From IMG/VR virus record IMGVR_UViG_3300042887_001901, positions 1 to 62,168 of that record: a stretch of 62,168 nucleotides of DNA. One strand, 5' to 3'. The notes beneath the pieces are model-generated. The model was not told the origin of the DNA. It saw only the letters and a program-made list of their open reading frames with translations, and did not search any database. Made by a program: the position numbers and the translations under genes. This DNA is from a virus (taxonomy: Duplodnaviria > Caudoviricetes). This document shows, piece by piece, positions 56,038 to 62,168 of this stretch (position 1 is the stretch's first letter; every line of letters starts with the position of its first letter).

Positions 56038-56592
56038 ATGAAAACATTAATAGTACACCCCGAAGATCGCAGTACGGATTTCTTAAAGCCGATATACGAG
56101 AATGTAAGCGATGCAACCATTATACATGGTGGAGTTAGTAAAGCACAAATTAAACAGTTAATAACTGAACACGACCGAATTATGATGATGGGTCATGGTT
56201 CACCATCAGGTCTATTTAGCTGTGCTAAATTTGGTGGTGATAATGATTACAGTGCTTTTATAATTGATCAAACAATGGTTAAAGAGTTAAGCAGTAAAGA
56301 ATGTATATTCATTTGGTGTAATGCAGATCAATTCGTTACTAAACATAACTTGAAAGGATTATATAGTGGTATGTTTATTAGCGAGGTAAGCGAAGCACAT
56401 TATTGTGGATTACCAGGTACACCTCAATCAGTAGTAGATACGTCAAACAATTCATTTGCTCGTTGGATGGGTGAAAACGTAAACATGGCTTTAAATGAGA
56501 TATATCATAACACAATGGATAATTATGAAGTATTAGCAATGGATAATCCTGTAGCAGATTATAATGCACAACGATTGTGTTTGGCAGAGTAA
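56038..56592 (+). CDS. Hypothetical protein, possible caspase/gingipain-fold peptidase
   Basis: MMMGHGS...FIWCNA His-Gly/Cys spacing. Confidence 0.55.
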   Translation: MKTLIVHPEDRSTDFLKPIYENVSDATIIHGGVSKAQIKQLITEHDRIMMMGHGSPSGLFSCAKFGGDNDYSAFIIDQTMVKELSSKECIFIWCNADQFVTKHNLKGLYSGMFISEVSEAHYCGLPGTPQSVVDTSNNSFARWMGENVNMALNEIYHNTMDNYEVLAMDNPVADYNAQRLCLAE

Positions 56593-56613
56593 TAGTCGTA
56601 GATTTAAGTATAA
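56581..56613 (+). promoter_or_regulatory. GGCA-box promoter
   Basis: TGGCA-N10-CGTAGATTTAAGTATAA. Confidence 0.7.
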
Positions 56614-56635
56614 TAAAAAATTAAAACAACAAGTT

Positions 56636-57454
56636 ATGAGTAAAGCAATTAAGCCAAAACAAGGCATCGTTTATGAGTGTTACAAAGGATTCGTAGATCA
56701 TTATGGTGATCGTTGTAGAACAGGTCAAAAATTCACTTATGATGGTGATAATGAAATGGCTGAAGAGAATGAATACTATACATTAGATAAAGCATCAGGT
56801 CGTGGAATACAAATTGCAGTGCCATTAGATAAATTTGCTGCTCATTTTATTCCAGTAACAGAGCAATCAAAATTCAAAATAGGTGATAAAGTTATGATTA
56901 GTGATGATTCACCATATTACGGTGGAGGAAATAATAATCCTACTAATGTTGAAGGTATTATTACTGAAATTAAGGATGAAGATTTAGGTATCATTGTTAA
57001 ATGGTCAAATGACACATCAAATAGTTACAATGATCGTGATTTAATATTGTGGAAGGCAAAGCCCAAATCGTACCTTGACGGCGTTGAAAATAAAGATAGT
57101 AAAAAATTAAAAGAAAACAATATGAACATCAATTTAAGTGCAATCGCGATCACTGATTTAGAACAAATCAAAGCAATCGCTGAATTAATCCCAAGTGTTA
57201 AAGAGCAAATCATGGCTCAGTATCCTGAATTATTCGAACCTGAAGTAAAACATAAGGTAGGTAATAGATACGAACATAGTGATGGCCAAACTTACATACT
57301 AACAGGTGAAAATGGCCACGTTGCCTTAACTAACCTAAATACAGGTATGGTTGAATCACGTACAGTTCAAGTAGATGATTACCAAAACATAACTGCAGAT
57401 GAATTTGAAGGGTTATGTGACGATACAGAAGAATTAGAGTTAATCGAATTTTAA
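56636..57454 (+). CDS. Multi-domain hypothetical protein with a nested promoter and in-frame internal start (57122)
   Basis: Start moved to AAGTTATG at 56636; SH3-like FKIGDKV segment. Confidence 0.65.
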   Translation: MSKAIKPKQGIVYECYKGFVDHYGDRCRTGQKFTYDGDNEMAEENEYYTLDKASGRGIQIAVPLDKFAAHFIPVTEQSKFKIGDKVMISDDSPYYGGGNNNPTNVEGIITEIKDEDLGIIVKWSNDTSNSYNDRDLILWKAKPKSYLDGVENKDSKKLKENNMNINLSAIAITDLEQIKAIAELIPSVKEQIMAQYPELFEPEVKHKVGNRYEHSDGQTYILTGENGHVALTNLNTGMVESRTVQVDDYQNITADEFEGLCDDTEELELIEF

Positions 57455-57467
57455 TCCAACTAACTGA

Positions 57468-57490
57468 AAGGCGCCATTAAGGCGCCTTCT
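57468..57490 (+). terminator. Hairpin, possible terminator
   Basis: AAGGCGCC-ATTAA-GGCGCCTT. Confidence 0.6.
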
Positions 57491-57495
57491 CGGTG

Positions 57496-57530
57496 TTTGG
57501 CAAAGTTCCGTTCGTACATTGACGTTATAA
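57496..57530 (+). promoter_or_regulatory. GGCA-box promoter
   Basis: TGGCA-N10-CGTACATTGACGTTATAA. Confidence 0.7.
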
Positions 57531-57546
57531 AAATAAAATAAAAGTT

Positions 57547-58431
57547 ATGAGTAAACAAATTATCTTAGATGCATTAGCATCACAGTTCGCAATTAAGCAA
57601 AACGAATTCATTCAATACGAAACAACAGTACATAGCCCAGCATTAGAGGGATTAAATAAATCCATCAGTGATTGGTTCAGTAGCGTTCTAAGTGTAAGTC
57701 CACACAGCGCCAAATATACAGGCGACACATTAGAAATCGTCCCAATGAACGAAGATAATGGTAGATGGCCTAGCGCAATTAACATTAGAAAACATTACAG
57801 CTATAGAGATGATAAAGATAATTACTATGATATTGATTACAGAAGTAGTCATAACAAAGTAGATACTGCTAACATGTATTACTTAACTACATTAGGTAAA
57901 ATAGCACAACATTCAGCTTTAATCATTAACAACATAGAAAACGAATGGAAACCAGCATACAAAGTGATATACACTCCATACTATGAATTAAGCAATGAAT
58001 TACGTAAGTTAGAACAAGAAATAAACACAATTAAACGAGATATTGATATTGCTAAACGTGAAGAGTATAAAGTAGTAGGGTTCGAACATACCATATCGCC
58101 TAACTTATACTGTAAAATGAATTACGATACAGATCAATATGAATTAGTAGAACAATCACGAACCTTTAATTTAGAAACAGGAAAAGGTAAATGGGATTAC
58201 GTTCATGTAAACGCTTATAGAGTAATTGGCGCTGCCAAATACAATAAAATAGCACTACAGGTTAAGCGAGTAGATGATGAACGATGGAGTGATATCGAGG
58301 TTAAACACGACTACTTCGACTCATTCATTGAAACAGTATATAAGTGGGAAACAAACGATAAAGCGAAACGAGACACTGATGAAACGACTCGTTACAATAG
58401 ATATGTTAGGCAGGCAGAACAAACAGCGTAA
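57547..58431 (+). CDS. Hypothetical protein with central coiled coil
   Basis: ORF track. Confidence 0.75.
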   Translation: MSKQIILDALASQFAIKQNEFIQYETTVHSPALEGLNKSISDWFSSVLSVSPHSAKYTGDTLEIVPMNEDNGRWPSAINIRKHYSYRDDKDNYYDIDYRSSHNKVDTANMYYLTTLGKIAQHSALIINNIENEWKPAYKVIYTPYYELSNELRKLEQEINTIKRDIDIAKREEYKVVGFEHTISPNLYCKMNYDTDQYELVEQSRTFNLETGKGKWDYVHVNAYRVIGAAKYNKIALQVKRVDDERWSDIEVKHDYFDSFIETVYKWETNDKAKRDTDETTRYNRYVRQAEQTA

Positions 58432-58440
58432 ATTGATAAT

Positions 58441-58614
58441 ATGAACAAATACCAAATATTTTATAGAGCGTGGATACCAAGTTACCGCGACATTGATCAT
58501 GATGATATGATAATCGAAGCGGTAGACGAACAAGACGCACTTAGACAATTCCACGAATCAGTAAAATTCGTTAACAGATACGAAATAAAATTAATTGAAA
58601 ATGAAAACATTTAA
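58441..58614 (+). CDS. Small hypothetical protein (57 aa, not in ORF track)
   Basis: MNKYQIFYRAW...IEAVDEQDALRQF; follows a GGCA box at 58413. Confidence 0.55.
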   Translation: MNKYQIFYRAWIPSYRDIDHDDMIIEAVDEQDALRQFHESVKFVNRYEIKLIENENI

Positions 58615-58864
58615 TGATTTAGAATTTAAACCACACCCATCAGGAATAGGTGGAATAGTAAGCCGTATTAAATTTGACAATGGATACGGAGCAAGCGTAG
58701 TTCAAGGCCCACACACATATGGTGGTGAAGACGGCTTATATGAATTAGCTGTATTAGATAGTAACGGCGAATTAACATACGAAACGCCTATAACGAGCGA
58801 TGTTGAAGGATACCTAAATGAACAGGACGTAACAAAATTATTAGAACAAATACAATCATTATAA
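58601..58864 (+). CDS. Conserved phage hypothetical protein
   Basis: FDNGYGASVV...YGG..GLYELAVL...DVEGYL. Confidence 0.75.
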   Translation: MKTFNDLEFKPHPSGIGGIVSRIKFDNGYGASVVQGPHTYGGEDGLYELAVLDSNGELTYETPITSDVEGYLNEQDVTKLLEQIQSL

Positions 58865-58865
58865 C

Positions 58866-59096
58866 ATGAATAATAGACAACGAGCAAACGGCATCACAGG
58901 AGGAATCATATCAATAATATTAGGTATAATAATATTTGTAATTACATTCCCAAGTATATTCTTAGGTGGTGCACTTATAGTAGCGGCTGCAGGTGGGTTA
59001 TATTTACTATTCAAAGTAATACGTAATGTAGTTGAAGACCATTTAGATGAAGAAGACGCAAATGAGAAGTGGAAACAAAATAAAAACATAAAATAG
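58866..59096 (+). CDS. Small two-TM membrane protein
   Basis: Two hydrophobic helices. Confidence 0.65.
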   Translation: MNNRQRANGITGGIISIILGIIIFVITFPSIFLGGALIVAAAGGLYLLFKVIRNVVEDHLDEEDANEKWKQNKNIK

Positions 59097-59372
59097 AACC
59101 CTAAAATTCAGCTCTAAAAGGCCGGTTCGCACACACCACTACCAATATCCGTATATACGATTAGATGTGAATAAATTATATGCAAACACATACAATTATA
59201 ACATATTATATCAAATTATATTTAAAAACATATAAGCAGTAGATGATAATTTACATGATGGAAACCATAGCACTAATAGCGAAGGGCGATCCACAATTTA
59301 AAATACCAACTCCAACCCGAGTTGGAGAGTCAGATAAAGGTAAGTACCTTGTATACGAAATAAATAAAGCAA

Positions 59373-59714
59373 ATGAAACAGATAAATGATAAGCTCGACG
59401 GATTAAGTGAATTAGTAACACGAATCGACGCTAAAATATTAGACATAAACACTAAGTTAGACGAATTAATCAAGGCGTTACACGAGTATGATGACGACCA
59501 ATTACATTGCGAGTACAGTGGATTGCCGTCCGTTAAGGCATATGATAATGAAAAGGACATATTGAGTTGGGACGTAGATGGAGCAGAACGTCGAACACAC
59601 CACGTAACGAACGAGGAAGCGGATGACGATGCTAGATCTAATAATATTCAGACTAAACATACGGGCGAACCTAAGAAACGTAACAAACGTTACTACAAAC
59701 CCAAAGCGAAATAA
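59373..59714 (+). CDS. Hypothetical protein
   Basis: Coiled-coil N-terminus, CEYSGLPS motif, basic tail. Confidence 0.6.
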   Translation: MKQINDKLDGLSELVTRIDAKILDINTKLDELIKALHEYDDDQLHCEYSGLPSVKAYDNEKDILSWDVDGAERRTHHVTNEEADDDARSNNIQTKHTGEPKKRNKRYYKPKAK

Positions 59715-60160
59715 CGACGATTTTTTGTTCACTGGGTTGTTTATTTAAGGCGGTGTATTGGCAGCTTTTTTGTCGCCTACAACGTATAATATAATAATTT
59801 TTTCGCGTTTATCTCGCATTATATGCGCGGTAAATGCGCATTTTTTTGCTGCTACATTACAACGTAATGGGTGACAAATGACTACAATGGGTAGTGTATT
59901 AGTAGTAATTTTGTAGTAACTACATTTTGTAGTGCGATCGTATGTGACCTGTTTGTTGTGTATGGGGTGTGTTGTGTGCTGTAGTCGTCTGCCTTTTCCG
60001 TGCCGCTCCACACTTTTTTCTGTCGACAGTATATATACACAGTAAATTTTTCTGCGTTCACTTGTTGTTGCAGTAATTTTGTCTGTACTACTATTTGTAG
60101 TTGCTGATTAACATTTGTAGTACTAAATTGTGTAGTATAGTTTTTTGTTTAGTAATGTTT
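59715..60160. other. Long non-coding region with strand-composition switch and TGTAGT/ACTACA repeats (candidate origin or genome end)
   Basis: TTTGTAGT at 59910, 59926, 60094, 60114; TGTGTAGT at 60129; ACTACA at 59881 and 59919; A/C-rich to the left, T/G-rich to the right. Confidence 0.5.
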
Positions 60161-60162
60161 TG

Positions 60163-60196
60163 TTTGGCAAAGTTTTGTTTGTAGATTGATGTTATA
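60163..60196 (+). promoter_or_regulatory. GGCA-box promoter
   Basis: TGGCA-N10-TGTAGATTGATGTTATAA. Confidence 0.65.
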
Positions 60197-60208
60197 AAAG
60201 TTAAAATA

Positions 60209-60856
60209 ATGAAAGTAATTGAAAAAGATTTTGTTGTGGGTGGGTCGAAACTAGGCACCTACAACACATATCAGGACATTGAACCTGAATTGTTGCGTTT
60301 CCGTCCTGGACAACGTGTACTCCCAGCACCGTTTTTTTACGAGTCAGGTGAGACATTTACGCTGATCGCTAAACATGAGCCTGGTGCTCCTTTTTACCCA
60401 AACGGTGGTTTTGAGGTACGCGATAGCGGAGGTGGTGTCCGCCACTACGATCTAGACCAGATGATTGTTCACCCAGCAACATGTAAACACCAACCAACAC
60501 TAGACCTGATGACGCGCCGTGAGGAACGTGAAGCGGCAGCTGCTGAACGAGCTGTTTTGCGCGGTGATAAGGTGAAGGTGAAGGTAGAGGGTGCCCGCAG
60601 AGGTCGTCCAGCAATTGATCCCGCAGTGAAAGCTGCCCGCGAAGCGGAGAAGGTTTTACGCGCCCAGAGATCAGGGGGAAGGAGGGGCCGTCCAGCTTCT
60701 GGGATCGCGAAGCCCCAGACGGTAAAAACCACTAGTGGTAAGCGCGGGCGACCAGCTTTGTCCGCAGACCAGGTACAGGCTAAGGCTAACGCGATCGCAG
60801 CTACCAAAGCACGTAGCGGAGGTAAACGTGGACGCCCATCGTCAAAACGTGGGTAG
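60209..60856 (+). CDS. Protein with four AT-hook (RGRP) motifs
   Basis: RRGRPA, RRGRPAS, KRGRPAL, KRGRPSS. Confidence 0.75.
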   Translation: MKVIEKDFVVGGSKLGTYNTYQDIEPELLRFRPGQRVLPAPFFYESGETFTLIAKHEPGAPFYPNGGFEVRDSGGGVRHYDLDQMIVHPATCKHQPTLDLMTRREEREAAAAERAVLRGDKVKVKVEGARRGRPAIDPAVKAAREAEKVLRAQRSGGRRGRPASGIAKPQTVKTTSGKRGRPALSADQVQAKANAIAATKARSGGKRGRPSSKRG

Positions 60857-60886
60857 GCACTGTTTTGTGTGTAGATTTATGTATAA
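60854..60886 (+). promoter_or_regulatory. GGCA-box promoter
   Basis: AGGCA-N10-TGTAGATTTATGTATAA. Confidence 0.65.
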
Positions 60887-60901
60887 TAAAATTAATAAGT
60901 T

Positions 60902-61117
60902 ATGAGTAAGAAATTTAAGTGTATTAAAGGAATAGCAACAGATCATTTTGTTGTTTGTATGCAGAATGATGTTGTTGAGTTAATATCAGTAGACGAAAAT
61001 GAGATTGTTGTGTTGGGTATTTTTGGTTGGTGTGCTAATGCAGAAATTACTTTTTCCGCTAAAGAATTCACTAATAGTTTTTGTGTGTGGGAAAATATGG
61101 TAACAATTGTAAGGTAG
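60902..61117 (+). CDS. Hypothetical protein
   Basis: ORF track, behind a promoter. Confidence 0.6.
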   Translation: MSKKFKCIKGIATDHFVVCMQNDVVELISVDENEIVVLGIFGWCANAEITFSAKEFTNSFCVWENMVTIVR

Positions 61118-61146
61118 GCACTGTCCCGTTCTTATCTTGAATTATA
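61115..61146 (+). promoter_or_regulatory. GGCA-box promoter
   Basis: AGGCA-N10-CTTATCTTGAATTATAA. Confidence 0.55.
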
Positions 61147-61158
61147 AAATTAAAAATT

Positions 61159-61362
61159 ATGAATATAGAATTGTTTATTAGTAAGGACAGAGTTCCTTAC
61201 ATCGTTAAGGAGATTGGTGCAGACAGAGTTACTGTATCAGAGCATAATGAAGATCAAGACATGATCAAATTTGAGTTAACCAGTCAGCTAGATGTTTTGT
61301 TCATGTTCCATGCTGGAGTAAGGTATGGTAGTGATAGTATGGCTAAAGCATTAACCAAATAA
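61159..61362 (+). CDS. Hypothetical protein
   Basis: ORF track; LFMFHAG. Confidence 0.65.
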   Translation: MNIELFISKDRVPYIVKEIGADRVTVSEHNEDQDMIKFELTSQLDVLFMFHAGVRYGSDSMAKALTK

Positions 61363-61401
61363 TTTGGTTGGCAACGTTTTGTTCCTACCTTCACATTATA
61401 A
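61363..61401 (+). promoter_or_regulatory. GGCA-box promoter
   Basis: TTTG-GT-TGGCA-N10-CCTACCTTCACATTATAA. Confidence 0.6.
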
Positions 61402-61412
61402 AATTAAAAAGT

Positions 61413-61622
61413 ATGAATGTAAATGAATTAAAATCAATTTATTACTTGTTTGGTAATAAAGGAGCTGTGTGGACAAATACAGTACACATCGCTCAGTCTG
61501 GAGATGCAGTAACGCTTTGTGGTACACCAATGTTGTCTAGCAATTGGGCGTCCATTGAGGGAGTGAAGGAAGCTGGTTGTCCAAAGTGTCTGGCTAAAGT
61601 GAAAGACACTGATGTGGGTTAG
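61413..61622 (+). CDS. Small zinc-binding protein
   Basis: VHI...TLCG...CPKC; start moved to 61413. Confidence 0.65.
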   Translation: MNVNELKSIYYLFGNKGAVWTNTVHIAQSGDAVTLCGTPMLSSNWASIEGVKEAGCPKCLAKVKDTDVG

Positions 61623-61677
61623 GCAGGGTTTTGTTCCGAATTTTGTAAATATAATAATAAAAATAAAACAAACAGTT

Positions 61678-61917
61678 ATGTCAAAAGAAACAGGTAAAAG
61701 AGGTCGTCCAGTAGTAGCTGGATCAGCTCGTCAAGCAAGATTAGATGCGCGTGCTCAAAGAGCAGCTCAAGGATTGTCAATTGGTAGAGGCCGCCCAGCT
61801 AGCCAGACAAGTGCTCGCCAGGCTAAGCTAGCCGCTAAGGCAGCTAAGATCGCTGCGGGTATTGAGATCAAGCGCGGCGCGCCAAAGAAAACTAAATCTG
61901 AGCCAGCGATGGCTTAG
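61678..61917 (+). CDS. Small basic AT-hook protein
   Basis: KRGRP, GRGRP, KRGAP with an SARQA repeat; start moved to 61678. Confidence 0.7.
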   Translation: MSKETGKRGRPVVAGSARQARLDARAQRAAQGLSIGRGRPASQTSARQAKLAAKAAKIAAGIEIKRGAPKKTKSEPAMA

Positions 61918-61992
61918 TGGGTTAGGAGTAACCCGATCCCCGAGCCTGTTGGTGTGGTGAGGGGATCATTTTTTCATTATTAAATTTAAGTT

Positions 61993-62168
61993 ATGAGTAA
62001 AGTATTTTATATTAAAGAAACTATTATTAGCTTTTTATTAACGTTTATATTCGGGATGCGAGTGCAAGGTGAGCCGATCAACTTGGAGTACGGTACGCGA
62101 GTATCGTTCACTACTAGTGACCCAGCTGATCGCCCAGACGAATTCGCCTGGTACCGTGAGTTGAGAGT
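61993..62168 (+). CDS. Hypothetical protein (3' truncated by window)
   Basis: AAGTTATG start, frame open to the window end. Confidence 0.5.
   Translation, partial: MSKVFYIKETIISFLLTFIFGMRVQGEPINLEYGTRVSFTTSDPADRPDEFAWYRELR

Noticed and set aside
59745-60011. Minus-strand 88-aa ORF in the non-coding region
   Set aside because: Atypical composition, against the uniform gene orientation, and built from the local repeats
1-62168. Bacterial chromosome origin suggested by groESL, iscU, ssrA and LPS-like genes
   Set aside because: T4-like polB/clamp/clamp loader, dense small unknown ORFs, single-strand coding and repeated phage-style promoters indicate a large phage

Overview
This is an AT-rich, gene-dense segment with essentially all genes on the + strand. 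It comes from a large tailed dsDNA phage (T4-like replication genes), most likely infecting Bacteroidota. Host evidence: Bacteroidota-type QueC, DUF4494, TTTG-N19/20-TAnnTT promoters, starts that mostly lack Shine-Dalgarno sites, and a D-S-T sequon lipoprotein. Gene order: 7-deazaguanine/queuosine precursor genes (queC end, queE, folE) with iscU/iscA; dUTPase; family B DNA polymerase, clamp and clamp loader; hsp20-groES-groEL; a ~19 kb nucleotide-sugar/glycosyltransferase island; clpP; an RNA-gene island (hairpin array, tRNA-Ser, an aberrant 156-nt tRNA-like RNA, tmRNA with a long tag); an ~8 kb exported/outer-membrane module (cohesin-dockerin-like protein, CsgG-like protein, putative beta-barrels, lipoproteins); then many small genes, each behind a repeated GGCA-box promoter, a candidate replication origin near 59.7-60.2 kb, and AT-hook proteins. 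The best candidates for undescribed biology are the cell-surface module, the giant-variable-arm tRNA-like RNA with its hairpin array, and two genes enclosed by long-range inverted repeats that also carry Shine-Dalgarno-like sites. All functional calls come from motif recognition by eye; no database searches were run.
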